Shown here: positions 47,554-57,663 of the stretch, one piece after another
Numbering within the stretch: position 1 is the stretch's first letter
How the letters are laid out: every line of letters begins with the position of its first letter
Assembly: GCA_963783305.1 (NCBI GenBank)
Contig: CAWAMW010000016.1
Span: 608,001 to 672,000 of the forward strand
Source of the DNA: an uncultured Gemmatimonadales bacterium
GTDB lineage: Bacteria > Gemmatimonadota > Gemmatimonadetes > Longimicrobiales > RSA9
Direction: 5' to 3'
Length of the DNA: 64,000 bases
Made by a program: the position numbers and the translations under genes
The notes under the pieces: model-generated
What the model was told of the DNA's origin: nothing
Seen by the model: only the letters and a program-made list of their open reading frames with translations
Database searches by the model: none

Positions 47554-48381
47554 ATGGCGATCAGCGCGAAAGACGTGAAGGAGCTCCGGGACCGGACGGG
47601 TGCCGGAATGATGGACTGCAAGAAGGCCTTGCAGGAGACGGATGGGGAGATGGAGGCGGCGATCGACCTGCTGCGCTCGAAGGGGGCCGCGAAGGCGGCG
47701 AAGCGAGCGGGCAAGGAGGCGTCGGAGGGCGCGATCGGCAGTCACGTGGAGGACGGCGTGGGGGCGTTGGTCGAGCTGAACTGCGAAACGGACTTCGTGG
47801 CGCGGACGGATGACTTCCAGATGCTGGCGCGGCAGCTGGCCGAGCATGTGGCGGAGCACGCGGGCGACGTGAACGGTTCGGAGTCCGGTGAGGCGATCGC
47901 GGGGCAGGCGTTCATGGGCGGCGACCGAACGGTAGAGCAGGTCGTGACGCAGACGGCGGCGAAGACGGGCGAGAAGCTCGTGGTTCGTCGGATCGCGCGG
48001 TTCGAGACGGCGGGCACGCTGGGCAGCTATGTGCACATGACGGGGAAGATCGGTGTCATGGTGGAGCTGTCGGGGGGTGCAGAGGAGGTGGCGAAGGACG
48101 TGGCCATGCACGTGGCGGCGTCGAACCCGCTGGCGGTGACCAGCGACGAGCTGCCGCAGGATGTGGTGGCCCGTGAGCGTGCGGTCTTCGAGGAGACGGT
48201 TCGGCAGGAGGGGAAGCCTGAAAACATCCAGGCCAAGATCGTGGAGGGAAAGCTCGGCAAGTTCTTCAAGGAGAACGCGCTGGTTTCGCAGCCGTTCGTG
48301 AAGGACCCGGACCAGACGGTGGGGCAGATGGTGGGGGAGGCGACGGTGCGTCGTTTCGTCCGCTTCGAGCTGGGCGAGTAG
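47554..48381 (+). CDS. tsf: elongation factor Ts
   Basis: VKELRDRTGAGMMDCKKAL, ELNCETDFVA, VAMHVAA.NP, RRFVRFELGE. Confidence 0.98.
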   Translation: MAISAKDVKELRDRTGAGMMDCKKALQETDGEMEAAIDLLRSKGAAKAAKRAGKEASEGAIGSHVEDGVGALVELNCETDFVARTDDFQMLARQLAEHVAEHAGDVNGSESGEAIAGQAFMGGDRTVEQVVTQTAAKTGEKLVVRRIARFETAGTLGSYVHMTGKIGVMVELSGGAEEVAKDVAMHVAASNPLAVTSDELPQDVVARERAVFEETVRQEGKPENIQAKIVEGKLGKFFKENALVSQPFVKDPDQTVGQMVGEATVRRFVRFELGE

Positions 48382-49131
48382 ATGGGCGACGCCGAGGCCG
48401 TACCGGCCGTGCGGCCGGAGGCGGAGCTCCGCTATCGTCGCGTTCTGCTCAAGCTGAGCGGTGAGGCGCTGGCGGGCGACCAGGGGTTCGGGATCTCACC
48501 GGCGGCCGTGGGGCGGCTGACCCACCACATCCGATCGGTTCACGAGATGGGCGTACCGCTGGGAGTGGTGATCGGGGGTGGCAATATCGTGCGGGGCACG
48601 CAGGCCAGCGCCGAGGGGATGGACCGGGTCAACGCCGACTACATGGGTATGCTCGCGACGATCATCAACGCGCTGGCGCTCCAGGACGTGCTGGAGCGGT
48701 CGGGGATCGAGACGCGGGTCATGACAGCGATCCGGATGGAGGAGCTGGCGGAGCCGTACATCCGCCGTCGCGCATTGCGGCACCTGGAGAAGGGCCGTGT
48801 GGTGCTGTTCGCCGGCGGGACGGGGAATCCGTACTTCTCGACGGACACGGCGGCGGTGCTGCGGGCGATCGAAATGGACGCGGACGTGCTGATCAAGGCC
48901 ACGAAGGTGCAGGGCGTGTACAGTGCGGACCCGAACCATGATCCGGAGGCCAAGCTGTACAAGCGCCTGACCTTCATGGATGTCATGACGCAGGAACTGA
49001 AAGTGATGGATGCCGCGGCGATCTCCCTGTGCAAGGACAACGACCTGCCGATCATCGTGCTGGACATCAGCGAGTCGGAGGCGGTGGTGGAGGCGATCCG
49101 CGGGGAGGACGTGGGCACGCTGGTTTCCTGA
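48382..49131 (+). CDS. pyrH: UMP kinase
   Basis: [37 protein letters not shown]. Confidence 0.97.
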   Translation: MGDAEAVPAVRPEAELRYRRVLLKLSGEALAGDQGFGISPAAVGRLTHHIRSVHEMGVPLGVVIGGGNIVRGTQASAEGMDRVNADYMGMLATIINALALQDVLERSGIETRVMTAIRMEELAEPYIRRRALRHLEKGRVVLFAGGTGNPYFSTDTAAVLRAIEMDADVLIKATKVQGVYSADPNHDPEAKLYKRLTFMDVMTQELKVMDAAAISLCKDNDLPIIVLDISESEAVVEAIRGEDVGTLVS

Positions 49132-49187
49132 ACCGGCGCTGCGTATGTTCCCCCCTCGTGGGAGGCGGGTTCGAACGGGAGCGGAAA

Positions 49188-49739
49188 ATGCCAACGATCA
49201 AAGAGATGCGAGAGCAGATGGACGCGGCGGTGGAGGCCATGCGCCGCGAGTTCTCCGGGGTGCGGACGGGCAAGGCAAGCACCCACCTGCTGGACACCGT
49301 ACGCGTGGACGCGTACGGCTCCAAGGTCCCGCTGAACCAGGTCGCCACGGTGAACGTGCCGGAGCCGCGCATGATCATGGTTCAGCCGTGGGACAAGTCG
49401 CTGATTCCGGATGTGGAGCGCGGCATCCAGTCGGCAGACCTGGGGCTCAATCCGTCGAACGACGGTAACGTGATCCGTGTGCCGATCCCGCCGCTGAGCG
49501 AGGAGCGGCGGAAGGACATGGTTCGGCTGCTGCACAAGATGTCGGAGGAGGGGAAGATCAGCATTCGGCACGCGCGGCAGGAGGCGAACAAGAGGGTGAA
49601 GCAGCAGGAGCACGATCACGAGATCAGCGAGGACGAGGGTCGTCGTCAGCAGGAGAAGATCCAGGAGATCACGGACGAGTATATCGTCCGCGTCGACGAG
49701 ATGATGGCGAAGAAGGAAGAGGAGGTCATGGAGGTCTGA
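49188..49739 (+). CDS. frr: ribosome recycling factor
   Basis: VRTGKAS, YG...PLNQVA, QPWD, LGLNP.NDG.VIR.PIPPLSEERR. Confidence 0.97.
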   Translation: MPTIKEMREQMDAAVEAMRREFSGVRTGKASTHLLDTVRVDAYGSKVPLNQVATVNVPEPRMIMVQPWDKSLIPDVERGIQSADLGLNPSNDGNVIRVPIPPLSEERRKDMVRLLHKMSEEGKISIRHARQEANKRVKQQEHDHEISEDEGRRQQEKIQEITDEYIVRVDEMMAKKEEEVMEV

Positions 49740-49780
49740 CCTCCCGGCCTCCACTTCATCATGCAGTGTCCAACACCTCC

Positions 49781-50521
49781 ATGACCTCGGACGCACTTCA
49801 GCAGGTGAAGGAAGGCCCGATCCCGCATCACGTCGCGGTCATCATGGATGGCAACGGGCGGTGGGCCCGGGCCCGTGGCCTGCCCCGCTACAAGGGCCAC
49901 AGGGCGGGCATGGACTCCGTCCGGGACGTGATCCAGGGGGCGGTGGCGGCGGAGGTGAGAATCCTCACGCTGTTCGCGTTCTCGCAAGAGAACTGGCAGC
50001 GTCCGGCCCGGGAAGTGAACGCCCTCATGCTGCTGCTTCAGAAGTACGTGAAATCGGAGGCGGACGAGCTGCGCACGCAGGGTGTGGAGGTCCGGGTGTT
50101 CGGGGACCTGGACCGGCTGGCGACCGGTCCGCGGAAGGCGGTGCAGGAGATCGAGACGCAGACGAGTGGCGGCGAGGCGCTGAAGCTCAACCTGATGGTC
50201 AGCTACGGCGGTCGAGCGGAGATCGTCCTTGCGGCCCGTGCGCTGGCGGAGGATGTGGCTGCCGGCCGGATCGGCTCGGCCGACGTGACGGAAGAGGCGC
50301 TGTCGCAGCGATTGTTCACGTCGTGCTTTCCAGACCCCGACCTGCTGATTCGGACCTCCGGCGAGCAGCGGATCAGCAATTTCATGCTCTGGCAACTGGC
50401 GTACACGGAGCTGTACATCACCGGCACCTTGTGGCCGGATTTCGGCAGGGAGCATCTCTTCGAGGCGATACTGGAGTACCAGAAGCGAGAGCGGCGGTTC
50501 GGCAGGATCGGCGTCCAGTGA
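49781..50521 (+). CDS. uppS: undecaprenyl diphosphate synthase
   Basis: HVAVIMDGNGRWA, FAFSQENW.RP, YGGR.EI, DLLIRTSGEQRISNFMLWQ; GTG 49766 is an alternative start. Confidence 0.96.
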   Translation: MTSDALQQVKEGPIPHHVAVIMDGNGRWARARGLPRYKGHRAGMDSVRDVIQGAVAAEVRILTLFAFSQENWQRPAREVNALMLLLQKYVKSEADELRTQGVEVRVFGDLDRLATGPRKAVQEIETQTSGGEALKLNLMVSYGGRAEIVLAARALAEDVAAGRIGSADVTEEALSQRLFTSCFPDPDLLIRTSGEQRISNFMLWQLAYTELYITGTLWPDFGREHLFEAILEYQKRERRFGRIGVQ

Positions 50522-51417
50522 GCGAGTCGCGTCGATCGGAGCTGTCTCAGCGACTCTCTGTCGTGGCCGTGGGGATCCCCGCCGTCGTGGCTGCGCTCTG
50601 GGTCGGCCGCTGGGCCCTCGGGCCGCTGCTGGCGCTCTTCTGCGCGGGGGCGGCGCTGGAGCTCTACCGCCTGGCGGAGCAACGAGGCGTCCGGCCGCTG
50701 CGGCTTCCGGGCGCCGTCGGGGCCGCCGTTCTGGTTCTCATCGCCATGGTGTACCCGACGTTCTGGGGCGCAGCCCCCTACCTCTGGATGACGACGATCC
50801 TGCTGGTCCTCTCCCTGTCCCTGGCGGTGATATGGGCGCGGGGAATTGCAGGTCAGCCGTTGGTGGTGGTGGCGGTCACGGCCCTGGGGGCCGTGTTGCC
50901 GGCGGGCGCCATGAGCCACGTCATCTTCCTCCGGCACATGTCCGTGGCGGCCGACCCCGTGAGCGGTGTGTGGGCGTCGCTCGTGGGGGTGGGGTTGGTG
51001 GTCTATCCACTGACGGTCACGTGGTCGACGGACTCGGGTGCCTACTTCGTGGGTAAGCGTTGGGGCCGACGGAAGTTGATCCCCAGCGTGAGCCCCGGGA
51101 AGACCCTGGAGGGTGCGGCGGCAGGACTGGTGAGTGGCACGGTGGGCGGTCTCCTGGTGGGACTGGCGTTCGAGGCGTGGCTCGGTGTCTCGCTGCACCC
51201 GGTTCTCGCGGCTGTCGGAGGGCTCGGCCTGGCGGCGATCTCGCAGGCGGGCGACCTGGCGGAGTCGGTGTGGAAGCGCGAGGCGGGCGTGAAGGATTCA
51301 GGTACGCTTTTCCCTGGGCATGGCGGGATTCTGGACCGGATGGACTCCCTGCTGTTCACGATCCCGGCCGGCTACTGGTGGCTCGCGCTCGTGCTGACTG
51401 AAGGCAGCCGGTGGTGA
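50518..51417 (+). CDS. cdsA: phosphatidate cytidylyltransferase
   Basis: DSGAYFVG, SPGKTLEG, GDLAES.WKR.AGVKDSG..FPGHGGILDRMDS. Confidence 0.95.
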   Translation: MSESRRSELSQRLSVVAVGIPAVVAALWVGRWALGPLLALFCAGAALELYRLAEQRGVRPLRLPGAVGAAVLVLIAMVYPTFWGAAPYLWMTTILLVLSLSLAVIWARGIAGQPLVVVAVTALGAVLPAGAMSHVIFLRHMSVAADPVSGVWASLVGVGLVVYPLTVTWSTDSGAYFVGKRWGRRKLIPSVSPGKTLEGAAAGLVSGTVGGLLVGLAFEAWLGVSLHPVLAAVGGLGLAAISQAGDLAESVWKREAGVKDSGTLFPGHGGILDRMDSLLFTIPAGYWWLALVLTEGSRW

Positions 51418-52556
51418 GGGTGCCCGGGGGTATTGCGCTCCTGGGCTCCACGGGATCCATCGGGCGCAGCACACTGGCGGTCGTGGAGCGGCACCCGGAA
51501 CGGTTCAAGGTGGTGGCGCTTGCGGCGCGCGGGAACCGGAGGGCGCTGGAGGCGCAGGCACGACGGCACGGCGCCTCGCTGGTGGTCCTCACGGAGGGGG
51601 ATGACGGGGTGCCGTCCGGCTGGGTACGGGGAGCGGAGGGTCTGATCGAGGCGGCGACGCACCCGGCTGTGGATATCGTGGTGAACGCGGTCGTGGGCGC
51701 CGCGGGTCTCGAGGCGACGCTGGCCGCGCTGGGTGCTGGCAAGCGACTGGCGCTGGCGAACAAGGAGTCGCTTGTGGCGGGGGGCGAGCTGGTGATGCGT
51801 GCGCTCCGCGAGGGCGGTGGCGAGCTGATCCCGGTGGACAGTGAGCACAGCGCCATCCTGCAGTGCCTGCCGGTGGGGCGGTCGGAGGGTGTCCGGCGCC
51901 TCATCCTGACTGCGTCCGGCGGCGCCTTTCGCCAGCACTCGCGGGAGGCGCTGGAGCGGGTGACTGCCCGCGATGCGCTACAGCATCCCACGTGGGATAT
52001 GGGCGCGAAGATCACGGTGGATTCGGCAACGCTGGTGAACAAGTCGCTGGAGGTGATCGAAGCGCACCACCTGTTCGGGGTCGCGTACGATCGGCTCGAG
52101 GCCGTGATCCACCCGCAGTCCATCATCCACTCGATGGTGGAGTTCGACGATGGGTCGGTCCTGTCGCAGATGGGATTCCCCACCATGGAGTTGCCGATCC
52201 TTTACGCTCTTACGCACCCGGAGCGGGTGTCGGACGGCGCCACGACGCGGTTCGACCCGGTGGCCGCCACTCCGTTGACCTTCGAGGAGATTGATCACGA
52301 GCGATTCCCGGCGTTCGGGCTGGGGGTGGAGGCCGGCCGGGTCGGGGGCACCGCGCCCGCAGTCTACAACGCGGCGAACGAGATCGCCGTGGGCGCGTTC
52401 CTGGACGAGCGGCTTCGATTCGTCGAGATTCCACGCATCATTGAGAAAACGCTTGCGGCGTGTGGCTCACACCCGCTGGACTCGTTGTCGACCGTCAGGT
52501 CGGCGGATGGCGAGGCCCGGGAGCGAGCCCGCGCTCTGATTGAGGAGCAGCAGTGA
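51414..52556 (+). CDS. dxr: 1-deoxy-D-xylulose-5-phosphate reductoisomerase
   Basis: LGSTGSIG, LANKESLV, PVDSEHSA, HPTWDMGAKITVDSA, NAANE. Confidence 0.97.
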   Translation: MRVPGGIALLGSTGSIGRSTLAVVERHPERFKVVALAARGNRRALEAQARRHGASLVVLTEGDDGVPSGWVRGAEGLIEAATHPAVDIVVNAVVGAAGLEATLAALGAGKRLALANKESLVAGGELVMRALREGGGELIPVDSEHSAILQCLPVGRSEGVRRLILTASGGAFRQHSREALERVTARDALQHPTWDMGAKITVDSATLVNKSLEVIEAHHLFGVAYDRLEAVIHPQSIIHSMVEFDDGSVLSQMGFPTMELPILYALTHPERVSDGATTRFDPVAATPLTFEEIDHERFPAFGLGVEAGRVGGTAPAVYNAANEIAVGAFLDERLRFVEIPRIIEKTLAACGSHPLDSLSTVRSADGEARERARALIEEQQ

Positions 52557-53905
52557 TCGGTCTCATCGCCACCATCGTCGTCCTGGGCGTGCTCATTTTC
52601 GTGCACGAGCTCGGCCACTTCGCCACGGCCAAATGGGCGAACATCGAAGTCCCGCGGTTCTCGATCGGCCTGGGCCCCAAGATGGTGGGGTTCACGCGGG
52701 GGGAGACGGAGTACGTCATCGGGTGGCTGCCGCTTGGTGGCTACGTACGGATGGCGGGCATGGATGACATGGAAGCGCTGGAGGGTGGCGAGCACGATGC
52801 CGAGCCCGCCCGCAGCACGGGCCGGGATTTCGAGTCGAAGTCGCTGCCGGTGCGCGCGCTGGTGCTCTCCGCCGGTGTGATCATGAACATGCTCTTCGCG
52901 TGGTTCCTGTTCGCTCTGATCCCCATCATCTGGGGGGTGCGCGAGGCGCCGGCTCCGGTGGTGGGGGACGTGGTCGAAGAGCGGATTACTACGGCAACGA
53001 GCGCTCTGCTGGATGTGCCGCTGGGTGCCCGGATCACGCGTGTGAACGGCGCGGCGGTCTCCGACTGGTCGGGCGTGGAGCAGGCGATCATCGGGGCAAC
53101 CGACAGTCTCCGGCTGGAGTTCGAGCGCGGGGCGCCCATCACCGTGCCCGTTCCGGCGGGCGACACCGCGCGGGGGATGCTCGTGGGCGCACTGGAGCCG
53201 AACGTCCGGCTCTCCGCGGTCCTGGGTGCGGTGACGGAAGGATCGGCCGCGGAGCGCGCGGGACTGCGGGCCGGTGACCGCGTGGTGGAGGTGTCGGGGA
53301 CGCCGGTGGCCGGCTGGCAGGACATGGTGCGGCTCGTGGAGACCCGTCCCGGTGATCCACTCGCGTTCGTGGTGGAGCGGAACGGTGAGCGGGTGCCCCT
53401 CACCGTGACACCGGCCGCCGAGACGGTAGCGGCCGGTGTCACGGTCGGACGGGTGGGAGTAGCCCGGACCGGTCGGTTGATCGATGGCTACGAGCGGACG
53501 CGGGTCGGTCCGGTGGAGGCGGTGGTGCGGGGCGCAGAGGAGACCTGGCGCTTTACGGGGCTGATCGTGGACTACCTGATCGGGCTGTTCACCGGCAAAG
53601 CGTCCGCGCGTGACGTGGGCGGACCGATCCTGATCTACCAGATCAGCGATCAGGTGGTCCAGATCGGGTTCGACGCCTATCTCAACTTCATGGCGCTGTT
53701 CTCGATCAACCTGGCGATCCTGAACCTGTTGCCCATCCCGATCCTCGATGGCGGACAGCTCATGTTCCTGGCGCTGGAAGGCGTGCGTGGCCGGGCGCTG
53801 AGTATCGAGCAGCGCATGCGGCTCAGCCAGGTCGGCCTGGTGCTGGTTGTGGCGATCATGGTGTGGGCGCTGGCAAACGACGTGCTGCGGTTGTTCGGGT
53901 TGTAG
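52553..53905 (+). CDS. rseP: RIP metalloprotease RseP
   Basis: HELGH, FSIGLG, PLGGYV.M, PDZ domains, NLLPIPILDGG. Confidence 0.96.
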   Translation: MIGLIATIVVLGVLIFVHELGHFATAKWANIEVPRFSIGLGPKMVGFTRGETEYVIGWLPLGGYVRMAGMDDMEALEGGEHDAEPARSTGRDFESKSLPVRALVLSAGVIMNMLFAWFLFALIPIIWGVREAPAPVVGDVVEERITTATSALLDVPLGARITRVNGAAVSDWSGVEQAIIGATDSLRLEFERGAPITVPVPAGDTARGMLVGALEPNVRLSAVLGAVTEGSAAERAGLRAGDRVVEVSGTPVAGWQDMVRLVETRPGDPLAFVVERNGERVPLTVTPAAETVAAGVTVGRVGVARTGRLIDGYERTRVGPVEAVVRGAEETWRFTGLIVDYLIGLFTGKASARDVGGPILIYQISDQVVQIGFDAYLNFMALFSINLAILNLLPIPILDGGQLMFLALEGVRGRALSIEQRMRLSQVGLVLVVAIMVWALANDVLRLFGL

Positions 53906-53982
53906 GCGTCGCGGAGGGGCGGAGGCACGGCTCGCGGTTCACACAGAGGCAGGCTCACAGCGGCGTTGGTGGAGCGCTCCGG

Positions 53983-54804
53983 CTAAAAGAGGCTGAGCTG
54001 GGCGGGTCCGGCGAGCTGCCGTAGCCTCTCGATCTCGATGGGCTCGCCCGGATCGTCCTGCGTGGCGACCTCCAAGTGTCCCCGAAAGCCTTTCCGTTCC
54101 AGTCGCTCGCCCACGGTCGCGTGGGCCATGGCGGGCTCGTTGCACGAATCGCTCAGGTGCGCGAGGATGACGCCGGCCAGGCCGTCGTGGAAGAGTTCGG
54201 CGGCCAACTCGGCGGCGGCGCCGTTCGAGAGGTGACCGCGGCTGGAGGCGATCCGCTGCTTCACCGACCAGGGATAGGGTCCTTCCCAGAGGCGGGTGTG
54301 ATCGTGATTGGCTTCGAGGACCAGCAGGTGGCTGGAGGCCAGGGCGGCCCGTACGCTCGTGGTGGGTCGGCCCAGGTCGGTGGCCACGCCGAGCTTCGAG
54401 CCGGTGGCCGTGTCGGTCACGGTCACGGCCACCGGGTCGGCGGCGTCGTGCACGGTGAGGAACGGCTGAATGCGGAGTGTCCCCACGGTGAAGGGGAGCG
54501 AGGACTCGTACTCCAGCACCTGTTCCTCCCCGGCGAGCAGCTTGCGGCACGCGCGCCGAGTGGCGGCGGTAACGTGGAGGGGCGTTCCGTGGCGACGCGC
54601 GAACACACCCATCCCCTGGGTATGATCGCCGTGGTCGTGGGTAATGACGATGCCCGTGATCGAATCGGGGTCCACGCCCACCGCATCCATGCGCCGGGCC
54701 AGGTCGCGTCCGCTGAACCCCGCGTCCACGAGGAGGCGAGTGTCTCCGCTCTCCACCAGGATCGAGTTGCCGCGGCTGCCGCTGCCCAGGATGGTGACCT
54801 TCAT
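53983..54804 (-). CDS. MBL-fold metallo-hydrolase (YycJ/WalJ-like)
   Basis: LGSGSRGN, THDHGDH, HDAADP, ATDLG, EANHD, GHLSN, AHLS. Confidence 0.9.
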   Translation of the reverse strand: MKVTILGSGSRGNSILVESGDTRLLVDAGFSGRDLARRMDAVGVDPDSITGIVITHDHGDHTQGMGVFARRHGTPLHVTAATRRACRKLLAGEEQVLEYESSLPFTVGTLRIQPFLTVHDAADPVAVTVTDTATGSKLGVATDLGRPTTSVRAALASSHLLVLEANHDHTRLWEGPYPWSVKQRIASSRGHLSNGAAAELAAELFHDGLAGVILAHLSDSCNEPAMAHATVGERLERKGFRGHLEVATQDDPGEPIEIERLRQLAGPAQLSLF

Positions 54805-54835
54805 ACCTGCAAGGTCTCCTCGGGAGGGCCGGCCG

Positions 54836-56038
54836 TCAACCGTCCTCGGCGCCGGCGGTCCGTGCGTCAAAGGCGGCCTGGAGCAGGTCGCGCTGGGAGT
54901 CCGTCAGGACCACGTCCCGGCGGCCGAGCACGATGGCGGCGGTCTCCAGGAAGCGGTCGATATCGTAGACCGAATCCGGCGCGCCCCAACTGAAGGGCGG
55001 CACGTACTTGGGCGGCATCCCACCGAAGATGTTGGAGCCGGCCTCCACCACCGTGCCGGTGTTGAGCAGAGTCCCGATGGCGGTCTTCACATGGTCGCCG
55101 AGGAAGCATCCGATCTTGCGAGAGCCCGTGTCCGCCTCGCCTGCTGGCGTCCACAGCCGCACATCGCCGTAGTTGTTCTTCAGATCGCTGTTCGTGGTGA
55201 GGGCTCCCAGGTTCACCCACATCCCCAGGTAGGCGTGGCCGAGGAACCCGTCATGGGCCTTGTTGCTGTAGCCCAGGATCACACTCTCCTCCACCTCCCC
55301 GTGCACTTTGCAGACGGGGCCGATGGAGATGGCATCGAAGGGGCCGCCGAGCAGGATGGTGTCGTGCCCCACGTAGGCGGGGCCGACCAGACGGGTGAAC
55401 GGCTCGACGACGACGCCATCGTCCAGGCGGATGGGGCCGTGGCGCGTGTCGAGCACCACGCCGGGGGCAATCTGCACGTCACCGCCGACCGAGACGGTCC
55501 CGGAACCCAGATGGTGGACGTCGTGCGGAATGGCCGCGTGCGAGGCGCCCACCAGATCCTGCCGGACCCGCTCCGCGTTCCCGGCCACCAGGTCCCAGAC
55601 GTGCTCGAGGAGCGTGCCATCCAGCGGGTGGGCCGGCAGGTCGGGGGCGTGGTCGTCCGGGTCGAGGAAGAAGGACGGTTCGGGCGCCGGGTCGCCTGGC
55701 CCGAGGGCGCAGCCCACGACACGGCCGCCGCTCACGAGTATCGCGGGGCGGTCGGGGAGGGAGCCGGGCTCGGGCACGAAACGGGAGAGCAGGAACACAC
55801 AGCCGTCGGCGGTGTCCAGCGAGTGGTCGTCCAGGACGGGGGGGGCCCAGGGCTCGTCGAAGGAGCGGAGGCCGGACGCGGCCACATGGCCGACGCAGAG
55901 TGTATCCAGGGCGTGTTCTGCGCGCGCGCGGAGCGTGGCGGTGCCGAAGAGGAGCTCGCCGACGGGCCGGGTCAGGGAGAAAGGGCGCCAGTCGCGTGCG
56001 GCGCGGTCGTCGAAGAGGACCAGGCGGCGAGCGGTCAT
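54836..56038 (-). CDS. GlmU-like putative sugar nucleotidyltransferase with left-handed beta-helix
   Basis: PFSLTRPVGEL.FG..TL, hexapeptide repeats, SNKAHDGFLGH, NLGA.TTNSDLKNNY. Confidence 0.85.
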   Translation of the reverse strand: MTARRLVLFDDRAARDWRPFSLTRPVGELLFGTATLRARAEHALDTLCVGHVAASGLRSFDEPWAPPVLDDHSLDTADGCVFLLSRFVPEPGSLPDRPAILVSGGRVVGCALGPGDPAPEPSFFLDPDDHAPDLPAHPLDGTLLEHVWDLVAGNAERVRQDLVGASHAAIPHDVHHLGSGTVSVGGDVQIAPGVVLDTRHGPIRLDDGVVVEPFTRLVGPAYVGHDTILLGGPFDAISIGPVCKVHGEVEESVILGYSNKAHDGFLGHAYLGMWVNLGALTTNSDLKNNYGDVRLWTPAGEADTGSRKIGCFLGDHVKTAIGTLLNTGTVVEAGSNIFGGMPPKYVPPFSWGAPDSVYDIDRFLETAAIVLGRRDVVLTDSQRDLLQAAFDARTAGAEDG

Positions 56039-57111
56039 CGTCCTCCCTCCACGACGGAATCGGGGAGCGCGTCGAGGAGCTCCTTCAGGTCGGCCGCGCG
56101 ATCACGGGGCAGGACCAGGGTGACACCGCTCCGGCGGACTACGACGAGGTCGCTCAGACCGAAGAGGACGACGGGCTCGCCGGTCTCGTTCCAGACCACA
56201 CACCGATCGGTCTGGTGCAGGTGGCTCTCGCCCACGGTCACGTTCCCGCGGGGGTCGGAGTCCAGCGTGCGCCCGATGGCGTCCCAGGTGCCCACGTCAT
56301 CCCACTCGAACGTGGCCTCCACCACCCCCACGCGCTCGCTCCGCTCGAGGATTCCGTGGTCGACGGAGAGGGAGGGGGCGGCGTCGAAGAAGCCATCCAC
56401 ATTGTCGGCGTCGAGCAGCGGCAGGAGCTCGGCGAGCTCGGGCGTATGGCGCCGCACCTCGTCCAGGAGCCGCTGCGCGCGCCAGACGAAAATACCGCTG
56501 TTCCACAGGTACTCGCCGGTGTCGATGTACGATCGGGCGGTATCGGCGTCCGGCTTCTCCACGAAGGAGCGGACCTCCTGTGCGCCGTCATCATCGAGGG
56601 CGGCGCCGGTGCAAATGTACCCGTACCCCGTCTCCGGCCGCGTGGGCCGCACACCGATGGTGAAGAGGCGGTCGTGGGTGTCGGCGGCGCGGGCGGCCGT
56701 GGCCACCAGCTCCCGGAACGCAGCCTCCGGTCGGATGACGTGATCGGCGTGCAGCGAGACCATGATGGCGTGGGGGTCCGCGGCGGCCAGGACGTGGGCG
56801 GCCCAGACCAGGACGGGTGCGGTGCCGCGGGCCTGCGGCTCCACGAGGAAGTGGCCGGGATGGAGGCTGTCCACCGCGCGTCCGATCGGCTCCACCATGG
56901 CCTCTCCGGTGAGGATACGGATCCGTTCCAGCGGAATGAGCGGTCGGATCCGCTCCACCGTGTCGGTGATGAGCGGGCGATCACTGGCCAGCGGGAGGAT
57001 CTGCTTGGGGCGGCGGGCGGTGGACGCCGGCCAGAAGCGGGAGCCGATGCCGCCGGCGAGGATAACGGCCCAGGTGCGGTCAGCGGTCGAAGAGGTCGTC
57101 GATTCGGGCAA
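56035..57111 (-). CDS. manC: mannose-1-phosphate guanylyltransferase
   Basis: VILAGGIGSRFWP.S...PKQ, ETGYGYI, FVEKP, WNSGIF, WDDVGTW. Confidence 0.92.
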   Translation of the reverse strand: MPESTTSSTADRTWAVILAGGIGSRFWPASTARRPKQILPLASDRPLITDTVERIRPLIPLERIRILTGEAMVEPIGRAVDSLHPGHFLVEPQARGTAPVLVWAAHVLAAADPHAIMVSLHADHVIRPEAAFRELVATAARAADTHDRLFTIGVRPTRPETGYGYICTGAALDDDGAQEVRSFVEKPDADTARSYIDTGEYLWNSGIFVWRAQRLLDEVRRHTPELAELLPLLDADNVDGFFDAAPSLSVDHGILERSERVGVVEATFEWDDVGTWDAIGRTLDSDPRGNVTVGESHLHQTDRCVVWNETGEPVVLFGLSDLVVVRRSGVTLVLPRDRAADLKELLDALPDSVVEGGR

Positions 57112-57472
57112 GGAGCTTCTTGGGGCTGAATGGCTTGGTCAGGAAATCCGTTGCCCCGTACTCCGCGGCACGCTCCCGGTCGGCCTCCTGCCCCTTGGCG
57201 GTCAGCATGATGACCGGGGTGGAGGTGCGGTGGGGGAGGTCCCGGACCTGTCGCAGGACATCGAGCCCATTTGCGTGGGGCATCATGATGTCCAGGAGGA
57301 CCAGGTCATACTCCTCATGGGACTCGAGGCGCTCGAGCGCCGCTCGACCATCGTGGACCAGCTCGACGCGGTACGGCCCGGACTCCAGCTTCATCTGGAT
57401 GATCCGTCCGATGTACGGCTCGTCGTCGGCGACGAGAATCGTCTTGCGGTCGGTGTGGGTGGCGGTGGTCAT
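57080..57472 (-). CDS. single-domain response regulator (receiver only)
   Basis: ILVADDE, LLDIMMP, IMLTAKG, TKPFSP. Confidence 0.93.
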   Translation of the reverse strand: MTTATHTDRKTILVADDEPYIGRIIQMKLESGPYRVELVHDGRAALERLESHEEYDLVLLDIMMPHANGLDVLRQVRDLPHRTSTPVIMLTAKGQEADRERAAEYGATDFLTKPFSPKKLLARIDDLFDR

Positions 57473-57573
57473 CGGGGCCTGAATCAGATAAGGGTCCGTG
57501 GATGGGCCGGTGCCAGAATCGTGCCCATGGCGTTGCGGGACCCTCGGGGCCGCGGGCGTGTACGGGAGGCGGA

Positions 57574-57653
57574 AACATGGATCGCGCGGGTTCCGATGTC
57601 AAGCTGAAAACCCGCCTCCCGACTTGACATAGCCCGGATTTTCGGCTTACCCT
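57574..57653. promoter_or_regulatory. back-to-back divergent sigma-70 promoters
   Basis: Minus: TTGACA(57602-57597)-17-CATGTT; plus: TTGACA(57624-57629)-18-TACCCT. Confidence 0.6.
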
Positions 57654-57663
57654 ACCCGCTCTT

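Noticed and set aside
49132..49187. tRNA-like GGTTCGAA between pyrH and frr
   Set aside because: The gap is only 56 bp and no cloverleaf can be built.
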